The notes under the pieces are model-generated. The model was given only the letters and a program-made list of their open reading frames with translations, had not been told where the DNA came from and ran no database searches. A stretch of 64,000 nt of DNA from an uncultured Clostridium sp. (GTDB lineage: Bacteria > Bacillota > Clostridia > TANB77 > CAG-508): the NCBI GenBank assembly GCA_947368535.1, contig CANBHY010000002.1:169714-233713 (forward strand), given 5' to 3'. Position 1 is the stretch's first letter. Every line of letters begins with the position of its first letter. The translations under genes and the position numbers were made by a program. Positions 20,512-31,365 of this stretch are shown here, piece by piece.

Positions 20512-21084
20512 TTAATTTTCGACATGAATTTTTCCGATAACAGTAAGTTGAGAACCATCTTCAATAATAATATCTTTAGTTAATAAGTTATCTGCTTTTA
20601 AGATAACTTTATACTTTCTATAAATTGCTCTTCTAACAAGTATAGAATCATGATATTTAAATAAACCTAATTCACGATGAGCTGGAATAGTATTTAATTC
20701 TACAAAAGCAACTGAGCCTCTAGGAATAGATGCCTTCATTGAATCATCAGGCATAATAAAAGCCATTGAAGCATCAGGTATAGAAGAAGGACAAATTACC
20801 ATATCCATAACACTTGTAACCAATGGAACAGTATTATAAGGAACTGAATCGATTAAATTAAAACGTTTTTGTTCTTCTGTTAATTGTTTGTCATAAGTGT
20901 ATGAAACAGGTTGATAAGGAATATCCAAAGCTCTACAAATATCTCTTAAAGCTTTTTGACTTGGATTACGTTCACCTTTTTCAATATGAGTTAAATGACC
21001 AACATTAATTCCAGTTACCTCAGATATACTAGTTTTTGATAAACCTTTCTTTTCTCTAATATTTGAAAGTAAATTCCCTAACAT
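20512..21084 (-). CDS. XRE-family HTH regulator with S24-like C-terminal domain
   Basis: HLTHIEKGERNPS HTH; DDSM and VIGKI S24-like motifs. Confidence 0.8.
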   Translation of the reverse strand: MLGNLLSNIREKKGLSKTSISEVTGINVGHLTHIEKGERNPSQKALRDICRALDIPYQPVSYTYDKQLTEEQKRFNLIDSVPYNTVPLVTSVMDMVICPSSIPDASMAFIMPDDSMKASIPRGSVAFVELNTIPAHRELGLFKYHDSILVRRAIYRKYKVILKADNLLTKDIIIEDGSQLTVIGKIHVEN

Positions 21085-21227
21085 AATACCACTCCTTAAT
21101 AATATTTATGTATATTATATATATAAAAAAATAAAATGTCTAGTAAAGATACTTTAGAAATTTAAAGTATTGAATAAAAAAAATCAATATGCTATGATAA
21201 AAGTGCTAAAAAATAGTGGAGGGAAAA

Positions 21228-23048
21228 ATGAAAGAAAAAAATTCAAAAGAGATAGTAGAAAAAAATAAAAAAGTTACCAAATCAAACACTCAAAATACCC
21301 TAAAAATAAAAAAATCACCATCCAGTTCAAAAGAATATATGGATCAGATGATTAAAAAAAGAAAAAAGACAATAAAAATATCTATAATATCAATAGTAGC
21401 AATCATACTTTTTTTACTATGTTTTACAGGATTTGCCTTTACTAGTATGACAAACTCAAAGATAATAAAAGGAATCCAAATTGACGGAATTGACGTTTCA
21501 GGATTAACTAAGGAAGAAGCATGTAAAATATTAAATGAAAAAGTTAAAGAAAGACAGCAAGGAACAATAACACTAAAATACAAAGAATACACAAAAGAGC
21601 TACCACTAGAGCAATTAGAAATAAAAGCAGACGTAGAAAAAACAGTCGAAGAAGCAGTAAAAAAAGGCAGAGAAGGTAACATATTTAAAAATAACTTTAC
21701 AGTCCTAAAAAGAAAATTTAAAAAAGAAAATATAGACTTAGAAATTGAACTAAATGAAGAAAATTTAGCAAAAATATTATCAGATACAAGTTTAGAATTA
21801 CCAGGAGTAGTACGAGAATATGCTTACAGCATAGAGGAAGCAGAATTAATAATAACTAAAGGAAAAGATGGAATTATTCTAAACGATGAAAAAATGACAA
21901 AAGAAATAAAAGAATCAATAACAAATGTATCACAAGCTTTCCCTAAAGAAAGAACTATAGACATCAAAGAACAAAAAGCAAAAGAAATTGATATAGATGA
22001 TATTTATAACAAAGTACATGCGGAACCTCAAGATGCATATATAGTAGATGAACCTTTTCAAGTAGTAGTAGATAAAGATGGAATCGATTTTGCTATTAGT
22101 ATGGAAGAAGCAAAAAATTTACTAAAAGAAGAAAAAGAAGAATATATAATCCCACTAAAAGTAACAAAAGCAGGAATTACAGTAGCAGACTTAGGTTCGA
22201 GAGCTTTCCCAGATGTATTAGCAACATTTACAACAAGATATGATGCAGGAAATTTAAACAGAAGTACAAATTTGGCAATTGCATGTAAAAAAATAAATAA
22301 TTATGTATTACAACCAGGAGAAACTTTTTCATATAATCAAACCGTAGGAAAAAGATCAATTGAAAATGGTTTTAGAGAAGCACATATATTTACAAGTTCA
22401 GGAGTTGAAGACGGATTAGGTGGAGGAATATGTCAAATATCATCAACACTTTATAATACCGTAGTATTAGCAAATTTAGATATAGTAGAAAGACATAATC
22501 ATTCATATGGTGCAGGGTATGTTGATCCAGGAAGAGATGCTACAGTATCATATGGATCATTAGATTTTAAATTTAAAAATCCAAGAAAATATCCAATTAA
22601 AATAACAGCATATATAAATGGTGGAGTAGCCACAGTATCAATATCTGGAATCAAAGAAGAAAACGAACCACGAGTATCAATAGTTGCAACAACTACAGCA
22701 ACTATACCATGTCCAGTTAACACAATAGAAGATCCTACAATGGAAGAAGGAAAACAAGTAGTGACAACAGCAGGAATGAATGGATATAGAAGTGTGGCAT
22801 ACAAATATTTATATTATCCAGATGGAAGAGTAGAAAAAATTCAATTATCTACAGATACATATGCAACAATAACAAAAGTAGTAAAAGTAGGAACTAAAAA
22901 AGTACAAACACCAGTGGCACCAACACCAACGCCAACTCCATCCGTAGAACCAACAGAAACACCAACGCAAACACCAGATCCAACAGAACCAACACCAACG
23001 CCAACTACAACACCAGAGCCAACACCATCAGAATCAACAAATCCATAA
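21228..23048 (+). CDS. VanW/YoaR-family protein (TM, PG-binding, VanW, G5, Pro/Thr tail)
   Basis: GETFSYNQTVG, GGGICQISSTLYN, RHNHS, GRDATVSYG, DFKFKN; PTPT tail. Confidence 0.87.
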   Translation: MKEKNSKEIVEKNKKVTKSNTQNTLKIKKSPSSSKEYMDQMIKKRKKTIKISIISIVAIILFLLCFTGFAFTSMTNSKIIKGIQIDGIDVSGLTKEEACKILNEKVKERQQGTITLKYKEYTKELPLEQLEIKADVEKTVEEAVKKGREGNIFKNNFTVLKRKFKKENIDLEIELNEENLAKILSDTSLELPGVVREYAYSIEEAELIITKGKDGIILNDEKMTKEIKESITNVSQAFPKERTIDIKEQKAKEIDIDDIYNKVHAEPQDAYIVDEPFQVVVDKDGIDFAISMEEAKNLLKEEKEEYIIPLKVTKAGITVADLGSRAFPDVLATFTTRYDAGNLNRSTNLAIACKKINNYVLQPGETFSYNQTVGKRSIENGFREAHIFTSSGVEDGLGGGICQISSTLYNTVVLANLDIVERHNHSYGAGYVDPGRDATVSYGSLDFKFKNPRKYPIKITAYINGGVATVSISGIKEENEPRVSIVATTTATIPCPVNTIEDPTMEEGKQVVTTAGMNGYRSVAYKYLYYPDGRVEKIQLSTDTYATITKVVKVGTKKVQTPVAPTPTPTPSVEPTETPTQTPDPTEPTPTPTTTPEPTPSESTNP

Positions 23049-23086
23049 ACTAAACCTAGCATAGTATATATGCTAGGTTTAGTTTA
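23046..23086 (+). terminator. Long hairpin terminator
   Basis: taaactaaacctagcata-gtata-tatgctaggtttagttta. Confidence 0.75.
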
Positions 23087-23188
23087 TGGAAAATGTTTAC
23101 AATGTTATGTAAACATGGTATAATATATAGTGTCAACAAGTAAACAATATCACGCCAAAATGTTGGCAGAAAGAAAGGTTGTGACAGT

Positions 23189-23875
23189 ATGATATGGCAA
23201 TATGAAGAGTGCGACTGTGTCGTAAACAAACTGCAATACCTCACGCCTGGAAATGGACTTATCGAAATAAACTTTGATAAGGACAGTAATCCGAGCGTTA
23301 GAGGAATTGACGGAGCACCGTACTTCGTTGGGATTCCTAAAGACGAAGAAAGCGAACTCTTGAGTAAGATTCGGGAAAGATATCCGCACGGGTTTCACTC
23401 AAGAGGAGATGTAAACTTTGAATGGCTGGCAGAAAGAGTCAAAAAGCTGGCAAGAACAGGAGGTGTGCAGATAAACTCTTTTGAAGAGTATGGATGCATG
23501 ATGGTAGACGGAACAAATTATGATGCATACAAACTTGAAGTAGAACATGCATATATAAAGTCTCCGATTTACATCGCAAGCCTTTTCGTTAGGCAGGAGT
23601 TCATCGTTTTCCGTCCATACATCCAGATCGAAGAATTTGGAGATCCGGATAATATCGGATTGTTTATGCATGAAACAGAGCCAAAACACATCGATGCCGG
23701 TAAAGTAATCTACTTCCAGGATGAAATTGTCTCATTCAGAAAATATGTATATGAATTTGACAGTGATAAACTGAAAGAAGAAAATTACGGTTTCAAGAAC
23801 AACGAGCATGGTTTCATGTATGATACCAAATTCGGGAAATTCATGAGCGCTGGCGGTGAGACATACCTGAGGTAG
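23189..23875 (+). CDS. Orphan protein, GC-richer than flanks, own promoter
   Basis: 228 aa ORF, AAGG RBS, TTTACA/TATAAT upstream. Confidence 0.7.
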   Translation: MIWQYEECDCVVNKLQYLTPGNGLIEINFDKDSNPSVRGIDGAPYFVGIPKDEESELLSKIRERYPHGFHSRGDVNFEWLAERVKKLARTGGVQINSFEEYGCMMVDGTNYDAYKLEVEHAYIKSPIYIASLFVRQEFIVFRPYIQIEEFGDPDNIGLFMHETEPKHIDAGKVIYFQDEIVSFRKYVYEFDSDKLKEENYGFKNNEHGFMYDTKFGKFMSAGGETYLR

Positions 23876-23972
23876 AAACAAAAAAACTAAAGTAAAACAA
23901 CCTAAAAAATAAAAATCATTATTTTTTTTCTCACTCATTTGTGAGTTTTTTTTTGCACTAAAAAAGCCACTA

Positions 23973-24708
23973 TTATAGTGACTTTTTATCAATAAAAGTT
24001 TCATAATTAGAATTTTCAATTTCTCCTGTATCAGCATCAGTTCTATAAATATATCCCCCATAATTATAAGATAAATTCATATCATTAAATTTAATAGCTA
24101 TTTGAATAGAAGAAGTATCAATATTCTTTTCTAATTGAGAAAATTTATGCTTAAAATTAATTAACATGTTATAGTAAGATTCATTAAAATCATCATCAAA
24201 AACTATTGAAATATTAAAAACAGGAATATGTCCAGAAATTATATATTCCTTATCAAAAACACAATTATACGAAGATAAATCTTTTCTAATAAGCGCAAAA
24301 AAGTTTTTATCATTAACAGCTTTATCTAAATTATTATAAATATGTTGAGAAGAAAGCTGAAAGTGGGAAAAAGATATACTAAAAAGCTTTTTTTCAAATG
24401 TAACTACAAAATTAGTATCATATTTTTCAGAATATGTGTTATAAAAATAATAAAATTGATCATTATAGAAATGTTTATATATTACAAAATCATCAAATTT
24501 TCCGACTATTTGCATCAACAACATTATTTAACAAAACAATATCTTTAAAATTATCATCTTTATATTCTTTAGATAAATATTTTAAAATCTTCTTTTCAGA
24601 AATGTAATTACTAAAATTAATGCTATATGAATATATTAAGCGTATAGTAAAAAATAAAATAAAAAGTAATACTACAAATAAAAATAATTTCTTTTTTGAT
24701 TTAACCAT
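23973..24708 (-). CDS. Hypothetical membrane-anchored protein split by a +1 break at CGG-A (24504); about 244 aa when joined
   Basis: ATG 24708 after GAGGTG; first piece ends AGT CGG AAA ATT TGA; skipping C gives GGA AAA TTT GAT in the frame of ORF 23973..24524, which has no RBS of its own. Confidence 0.65.
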
Positions 24709-24835
24709 TTTCACACCTCAAAATGTATTATTCAAAAGTATATCATTTGTATATATAATTAATCAACGTATTGAAAATTATAAAAAAAATAATATAATTT
24801 ATTCATAAAATTAATATAAGGGGAGAAGAAAGAAA

Positions 24836-26335
24836 TTGAAAAAAATAATATATGTGATAGGGATAATATTTCTATTAGTAGTAATAAGTGTAAATGTACT
24901 ATTTACATCTAAATTAAGCAGTTCAGAGCGTATAACTATTAATTTAAATAACATTGTATATAGCATTTGTACTATATTACTAGCTGTAATAATATATTTA
25001 ATAACTAAAAAAGCAAACGAAAAATTAAAGAAAGATGATTCAGAAAGTAAAATAAGAAAACGTCTATTTATAATAGCATTGGTAATATATTTTATACTTA
25101 ATATATTATGGATTTTTTCCGTAAGACCAGGTATTGGAGGAGATTCAGTACATGTAGGTAATATAGCTCAAGTTTTTTATAAAGAAAGTAATAGTGAATT
25201 GTTAAATAACAAAACTTATGCAGGAATTACATTAAAAGAATATATGCAAGAATACCCACAACAAATTCCATTATCATTTGTATATAGTATAATTTTTAGA
25301 ATAATATTCTTTGATGAAATTGGAGTATTAAGAATAGTAAATGTAATTTCAGCAGTATTAATAGTAGTAGCAATATATAAAATTACTAAACAATTATCAA
25401 AGCAGTACAAAACTAATACAATACTGCCGTTAATACTAATACTAACATTTGTGCCATTAATAATGTTAACAACATTCATATATGGCGATATACCAAGCTT
25501 AGCATTGTGCTTATTTGCAGTATATTTTACAATGAAGTATATTGAAAGTAAAAAGTACAAATTTATAATCATAGCCACTATTTTAACATCTATAGCTAAT
25601 ATGATGAGAATGAATAGTTTAATATTCGTAATAGCAACAACAATATACCTAATGTTAAATACAATAAAAGAATTTAATAAAAAAGAAATAAAAAAAACAG
25701 GTATTAGCATTGGAATAATTATAATATACATATTAATTGCGATTATACCATCAACAATAATAGAAAATTGCTATTTTAAAAAATATAATTTAGATAAAAA
25801 CAAAGTATACCCAAAATCAAGTTTTATTCTTATGTCAATGGAAGAATCATGGAGAGGTAACGGATGGTACAATGAAAAAATAGCAGAACCAGCATTAAAA
25901 CAAGAAGCAAACATAAAAGAGAAATATAATGAAAAGATAAAAGAAAGAATCAATTATTTATCAAAAAATATAGACTACACCTTTGATTTTTATACTAAAA
26001 AGATAACATCTATGTGGAGTGAAAACACATATTCATCATTTTTTAATAATAAAATAAATGACAAAGAAGTTCTAAAAAAAGGAAAAGATGCAATAATGTT
26101 TTATCAAAAGGCAAGCTTATTACTAATAACTGCAAGCTCTCTAATAATTATAATACAAAATAGAAAAAAACTTTCCTTAGAAATAATATTTTTATTAACA
26201 ATTTTCATAGGAGGATTTGCATTTCATATATTATGGGAAGCAAAGTCACGCTATATAATTCCATATATAGTAATATTAATGCCAATAACAGCAGTAGAAA
26301 TTAATAAATTTAAAATATTTAAGAAAGACAAATAA
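24836..26335 (+). CDS. Polytopic membrane protein, GT-C/PMT-like glycosyltransferase family
   Basis: About 11 TM segments, YGDIPSL, MMRMNSLIF, HILWEAKSRY; TTG start after GGGAG. Confidence 0.65.
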   Translation: MKKIIYVIGIIFLLVVISVNVLFTSKLSSSERITINLNNIVYSICTILLAVIIYLITKKANEKLKKDDSESKIRKRLFIIALVIYFILNILWIFSVRPGIGGDSVHVGNIAQVFYKESNSELLNNKTYAGITLKEYMQEYPQQIPLSFVYSIIFRIIFFDEIGVLRIVNVISAVLIVVAIYKITKQLSKQYKTNTILPLILILTFVPLIMLTTFIYGDIPSLALCLFAVYFTMKYIESKKYKFIIIATILTSIANMMRMNSLIFVIATTIYLMLNTIKEFNKKEIKKTGISIGIIIIYILIAIIPSTIIENCYFKKYNLDKNKVYPKSSFILMSMEESWRGNGWYNEKIAEPALKQEANIKEKYNEKIKERINYLSKNIDYTFDFYTKKITSMWSENTYSSFFNNKINDKEVLKKGKDAIMFYQKASLLLITASSLIIIIQNRKKLSLEIIFLLTIFIGGFAFHILWEAKSRYIIPYIVILMPITAVEINKFKIFKKDK

Positions 26336-26364
26336 AAAAGCAATGCTTTATAGCATTGCTTTTT

Positions 26365-26440
26365 TGGTGAGCCATCGGGGGATCGAACCCCGGACCTTCA
26401 GATTAAGAGTCTGCTGCTCTACCAGCTGAGCTAATGGCCC
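26365..26440 (-). tRNA. tRNA-Lys(CTT)
   Basis: Reverse-strand cloverleaf, gcaga-CTCTTAA-tctga (G27.A43 mismatch), CCA end. Confidence 0.93.
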
Positions 26441-26590
26441 TTATTTTGATAACGATAAAATTATAATACCTATATAATGAAAAGTCAAGAAATTATTTTA
26501 ATAGTTAAAAATGTAAAAGTTTACAAATAGCGGTAAATAAAGTATAATAAAAAAGGTTACATAACAACATTAGCACGAAGGGAGAACATC

Positions 26591-26953
26591 ATGTTTGGTA
26601 TTTTTACAAATTGGCGGAAGCCAAAAAAAGAACCACGCCATGTAATGTGCTGCGAAGGCGAAGAAATAAAGCCGATGCAGGAATATTACTACGGAGCATT
26701 TATGGATCACGAAAAGGAAGCATATGAGAGGCTAAGGCAAACCCTTATTGTCAATAATGTCACTTTATACTGCTCCAACTCCGCGTTTGACAATTTCTTG
26801 AACAGGGTGGCACTTAACGGAAGAACTGATATATTTATTGATCAAATGTTAAAATATATGAGTGAACATCCGGCAGAGGTATACATCGTGTGCAAGAACG
26901 GAGAACAGATAAGCATGGCGAAAATGCAGAAAAGCGAGAAAGAAAGTTCCTGA
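26591..26953 (+). CDS. Orphan protein, GC-richer, own promoter and terminator
   Basis: 120 aa, AAGGGAG RBS, TTTACA/TATAAT, hairpin acgccgggaaac...gtttcccggcgt at 26984-27014. Confidence 0.7.
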   Translation: MFGIFTNWRKPKKEPRHVMCCEGEEIKPMQEYYYGAFMDHEKEAYERLRQTLIVNNVTLYCSNSAFDNFLNRVALNGRTDIFIDQMLKYMSEHPAEVYIVCKNGEQISMAKMQKSEKESS

Positions 26954-27137
26954 ACTGTCCGATCGAAAAATGCAATGATTAAAACGCCGGGAAACGAAGT
27001 TTGTTTCCCGGCGTCCCATTTTGTCTAGAAAAAATTTACAAATTAGTAAAAAAATGTTAACAAAGATTTACATAAAAACAAAATCGTGGTATAATATATA
27101 TGTCGTTGGAAAAACTAAACAAAAGGAGAATAAAAAA

Positions 27138-27242
27138 TGAATTTTGAAAATTACGATTTTACACAAATGAAAAATGATTATGATATGGAATATTTACCAA
27201 GCATTTTCGCTGGTAAGGTTGATAAAGAAATGTTGATATAAT
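27138..27242 (+). CDS. Candidate 34-aa small protein MNFENYDFTQMKNDYDMEYLPSIFAGKVDKEMLI
   Basis: AAGGAG RBS, TTTACA/TATAAT promoter, hairpin aggcag...ctgcct after the stop; below ORF-track cutoff. Confidence 0.5.
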
Positions 27243-27337
27243 TTAAAACATATACAGGCAGATTTATAAACCTGCCTATTTTAATGCATATGCATATAAA
27301 AATAATATAGGCAAACAATATTTGCCTATATTATAAA

Positions 27338-28924
27338 TTATTTATTAATTTCTTCTAAATATTGATCATATTCGCATTCACGAATAACAACTTTGTTATT
27401 ATTTAAATCAATAATTTTATTTGCAACAGTTTGAGTTAATTGATGGTCATGAGAAGTAAAAATTAAATTACCTTTAAATTTAGTCATACCCTCATTTAAA
27501 GCAGTAATACTTTCCATGTCCAAATGGTTAGTAGGCTCATCAAAAATTAAGAAATTAGCCCCAGAAAGCATAAGCTTAGAAAGAACACATCTAACTTTTT
27601 CACCACCAGACAAAACAGATACATTTTTCAAAGCTTCTTCACCAGAAAATAACATTCTACCTAAAAAGCTTCTAACATAAGTTTCATCAGGATCACTTGA
27701 ATACTGACGAAGCCAGTCCACCAGAATCATATCATCTTCAAATAAGTAATTATTATCTTTTGGAAAATAATCATGAGAAATAGTAGTACCAAAAGATATT
27801 TCGCCAGAATCTGGTTCTAATTCTCCAGCAATAATTTGGAATAAAGTTGTTTTAGCAATTTCACTATCAGATAAAATTGCAATTTTATCATCTTTTTTAA
27901 CAGTAAAAGAAATATTATCTAAAACTTTTTCACCATTAAGAGTTTTAGAAATATTTTTAACCTCTAAAATTTCTTTACCAGGTTCTCTATCTGGTTTGAA
28001 ATCAATATAGGGATATTTTCTGTTAGAAGGTTTAATTTCATCAAGTTCAATTTTTTCAAGAGATTTTTTTCTAGAAGTAGCTTGTTTAGATTTAGAAGCA
28101 TTAGCACTAAATCTAGCAATAAATTCCTGTAATTCCTTGATTTTCTCCTCTTTTTTCTTATTTTGTTCTCTCATTTGTTTTAATGCAAGTTGGCTAGATT
28201 CATACCAGAAATCATAGTTTCCAGGATAAACTTTAATTTTACCAAAATCAACATCAGCAATATGAGTACAAACTTTATTTAAAAAATATCTATCGTGAGA
28301 TACAACTAAAACAGTATTATCAAAATTAATTAAAAATTCTTGAAGCCAGTCAATAGTTTTAATATCTAAGTCATTAGTAGGCTCGTCAAGTAATAATACA
28401 TCAGGATTGCCAAATAATGCTTGTGCAAGTAAAACCTTAACTTTGTCTTTAGCGTCAATTTCTTTCATTAATTTATCATGTAAGCTAGTTTCAATTCCTA
28501 ATTCATTTAAAAGAGTAGCTGCGTCAGATTCAGCATTCCAACCATCAAGCTCAGCAAAACGCTCTTCAAGCTTAGCAGCTTTCATACCATCTTCTTCTGA
28601 AAAATCAGGCTTTGAATAAAGCTCATCTTTATCTTTCATTATCTTATAAAGTTCATGATTACCCATAATAACAGTATCAAGAACCCTAAAATCTTCATAT
28701 GCAAAGTGGTCTTGTTTTAAAACAGATAGACGCTCACCTTTGTCTAATGTAACTTCACCTTTACTAGGTTCTAATTCACCAGAAAGAACTTTTAAAAAAG
28801 TAGATTTTCCAGCACCATTAGCACCGATAATTCCATAACAATTTCCTTTAGCAAATTTAATATTAACATCTTCGAATAATACTCTTTTACCAAAGCGAAC
28901 TGTAACGCCTATAGTATTTAACAT
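27338..28924 (-). CDS. ABC-F family ATPase (YbiT/YkpA-like)
   Basis: Two ABC domains (GANGAGKST, LLLDEPTND, LSGGEK, FDEPTNHLD), linker FSANASK, no TM. Confidence 0.92.
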   Translation of the reverse strand: MLNTIGVTVRFGKRVLFEDVNIKFAKGNCYGIIGANGAGKSTFLKVLSGELEPSKGEVTLDKGERLSVLKQDHFAYEDFRVLDTVIMGNHELYKIMKDKDELYSKPDFSEEDGMKAAKLEERFAELDGWNAESDAATLLNELGIETSLHDKLMKEIDAKDKVKVLLAQALFGNPDVLLLDEPTNDLDIKTIDWLQEFLINFDNTVLVVSHDRYFLNKVCTHIADVDFGKIKVYPGNYDFWYESSQLALKQMREQNKKKEEKIKELQEFIARFSANASKSKQATSRKKSLEKIELDEIKPSNRKYPYIDFKPDREPGKEILEVKNISKTLNGEKVLDNISFTVKKDDKIAILSDSEIAKTTLFQIIAGELEPDSGEISFGTTISHDYFPKDNNYLFEDDMILVDWLRQYSSDPDETYVRSFLGRMLFSGEEALKNVSVLSGGEKVRCVLSKLMLSGANFLIFDEPTNHLDMESITALNEGMTKFKGNLIFTSHDHQLTQTVANKIIDLNNNKVVIRECEYDQYLEEINK

Positions 28925-29103
28925 TATAAACCTCCTAAAATTTAAACTGGTTATAAGTATACAACATTTATGTTAAAAATTCAAATTTTATGCAGAAAAT
29001 ATATCATTTTCATTAATAATAAAAATAATATTGATATTTTTAATTCTATTTAGTATGATTTTACTAATAAAAAGGAAGATACATCATTTTTTAGGAGGAA
29101 CAA

Positions 29104-30744
29104 ATGAAAAAAAATAATAAAAAAATTATCCTAGCAATTAGTATAATAATTGCTACTATAGCAATAGTTGCAGGAATTATGACGATTGGAAATAAAAAGA
29201 AATCAACAGAAATATCAAAAGAAAAAACAGAAGACTATAGCATAAAAATAACAAATAAATCAGCGGAAAGTGAAAAAATAAAGATATCAATAGAAAATGT
29301 AGCATATGCAGACAAATACTTAATTTTAGACTATAATGTAATAGCTGAAAATACTGAGGAGCCATTTTTTTTAGAGAACTATGCAAAGAAAAATGAATTT
29401 GGTCTATATATAGATAGAACAATAAAAATAGATGGGGAGCCTCAACAGACTAAAAAGGACTATTCAGACCAAATAAGCTATAAAATATCAGACACAGAAG
29501 CAAAAGTATATGATTTTATTGAAATAGAAGATTTGCCAGATAAATTCGACTTAGAAGTTATATTTTTTGAAAATGATTTTACAATTACTCCAGACATGAG
29601 CATAGAAAATGATGAAGAATTAGATCAAGAAATAGATGATGACGATGTACAAGACGATGAAGCAGATGAAGAACTAGTAAAAGAAATTGACCCTGACGAA
29701 TACGAAAATAATTCAGAAGAAAGAGAATCAGTTCTAACAGATGAGGAATATGAAGAAATTAAAGATGAATATACAGAAGAATGGGAAGATGAAGAAACAG
29801 AGGATGAAGAAGAAATATATGAAGAAGTAGAAGGATATTATGATGGTAAAGAAGAATTAGATGAAGATGAGATAATATTATCAAATTCAGAACTAGGAAG
29901 AATAACAACAAAGGCAAATAAAGAAGAATTAATAAAAGATGTATCAGTAATAGAAAATGATGAAAATTATAAAGAAAATAACATAGAAATAACTAATGAA
30001 AAAATAATAAAAACACCATTTAAAACATTTGTAATTGCAGAAACAACTATTAGACAAGTAAATTATGAAGATGTACAATCAGATTTATTAGGCGATCCTT
30101 ATTTATATAAAATAGACATAGAAGATGCAGATGGAAATTCACTTAATGTAAATCAAATACAACAAATAAAAATAACAGATGAAGAAGAAACAGAACTAAA
30201 TGATTTAGAAATTAGTGAAGATAATATACCTAATAATTTAACAGCTACAATAAAAACTATAATTATATTAGGAGATGATGCAAAAGAAGAAATAAAACTT
30301 CAACCATATTATTATTCATATGATTTTGCAAATGATGATATGGAAACAGTAATGCAAAACAAAGAATGGTTTAAAATTGAAGATGGAGAATACAAAGAAA
30401 CAAATTCAAACAATGGCGAAATAACAGTAACTAAAATAGAAGAAAAAGATAATCAAATATTATTTTATTATACTAAAAAGGGCTTTGTACCTAATGCAGA
30501 AAGTATTATCTTATTAAGAAATGCAACAAAAGAATTTAATGTTTTTTATCCAGACATAATAAAATTGAGTGGAATAAATTCAGATGAAGATATAGTAGGA
30601 TATAATATAGAAAATAATATGAGTTATTCATATACAGAAGATTTTGATGATAACAGCTTAGGAAAAATAGAAGACTTAGAGTTTACATTATTAGAAGGTC
30701 TAGAAATACAAAGAATAGGAGAGGGATTCATACTAGATATTTAA
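29104..30744 (+). CDS. Membrane-anchored, highly acidic extracellular protein
   Basis: 546 aa, N-terminal TM, about 100-aa D/E-rich stretch. Confidence 0.75.
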   Translation: MKKNNKKIILAISIIIATIAIVAGIMTIGNKKKSTEISKEKTEDYSIKITNKSAESEKIKISIENVAYADKYLILDYNVIAENTEEPFFLENYAKKNEFGLYIDRTIKIDGEPQQTKKDYSDQISYKISDTEAKVYDFIEIEDLPDKFDLEVIFFENDFTITPDMSIENDEELDQEIDDDDVQDDEADEELVKEIDPDEYENNSEERESVLTDEEYEEIKDEYTEEWEDEETEDEEEIYEEVEGYYDGKEELDEDEIILSNSELGRITTKANKEELIKDVSVIENDENYKENNIEITNEKIIKTPFKTFVIAETTIRQVNYEDVQSDLLGDPYLYKIDIEDADGNSLNVNQIQQIKITDEEETELNDLEISEDNIPNNLTATIKTIIILGDDAKEEIKLQPYYYSYDFANDDMETVMQNKEWFKIEDGEYKETNSNNGEITVTKIEEKDNQILFYYTKKGFVPNAESIILLRNATKEFNVFYPDIIKLSGINSDEDIVGYNIENNMSYSYTEDFDDNSLGKIEDLEFTLLEGLEIQRIGEGFILDI

Positions 30745-30750
30745 ATGCAT

Positions 30751-30787
30751 AAAGGCGGGAACAGAGTTAGAACTGTTCCCGCCTTTT
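30751..30787. terminator. Bidirectional GC-rich terminator
   Basis: aaaggcgggaacag-agttagaa-ctgttcccgccttt between convergent genes. Confidence 0.8.
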
Positions 30788-30795
30788 GTCGGAGC

Positions 30796-31200
30796 TTATT
30801 CGGTAACAGGGACATAATTACCTTCGATATGAATTTTATCCTTAGGAATATTTGCAAGAACAGTTTCATTTACGAACTGATAATCCCTCAGATTGGTCCA
30901 TTCATCGGTGTATGTTCCAGCTCTTTGAAGCTCGACCTTGTCGCCTCTACGCACCTCGATGTAAAGCGGAGCGGTTATTTCCACTCTTTCGCTATATTCC
31001 TTGAGCTCCACATCATAATAGTAGAAATTATTGGGATCCACTATGCATCGAATTCCCAAATTCTCTAAGAGCTTACGCTCATCCGTAGAAAGATGCCTGA
31101 GAAAAGGAAATCCGAGCGGTTTGTTGTTTTCGTCCGCAAGAAAATAGGTTACATTGTCATGGTACGCATGAAATACCCAGCGTAAATTGTTAGCTTCCAT
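30796..31200 (-). CDS. Orphan protein, GC-richer, own promoter
   Basis: 134 aa, AAGGAGG RBS, TATAAT upstream. Confidence 0.7.
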   Translation of the reverse strand: MEANNLRWVFHAYHDNVTYFLADENNKPLGFPFLRHLSTDERKLLENLGIRCIVDPNNFYYYDVELKEYSERVEITAPLYIEVRRGDKVELQRAGTYTDEWTNLRDYQFVNETVLANIPKDKIHIEGNYVPVTE

Positions 31201-31365
31201 AGTTGTAATCCTCCTTATGTATGGGTTATTAAGTGTATTGGCTAAGCAATATTATAGCATACTTTACATAATGTGACAACACTAGAAAATATTATAAAAT
31301 GCAAATTGAAACACAAAAAAATATTTGATATAATAACCAAAGATTTAAAAAGAAAAGGAGAAATT

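Noticed and set aside
22910-23045. ccaacacca/acgcca repeats here and at 42330-42430
   Set aside because: They encode Pro/Thr linkers and are not independent DNA repeats
21228-23048. VanW plus a Ddl in the window as a vancomycin-resistance locus
   Set aside because: No vanH/X/R/S; VanW/YoaR proteins are widespread; the Ddl retains the Tyr of D-Ala-D-Ala ligases
30745-31068. 107-aa plus-strand ORF
   Set aside because: It starts inside a terminator and overlaps the RBS-supported minus-strand gene
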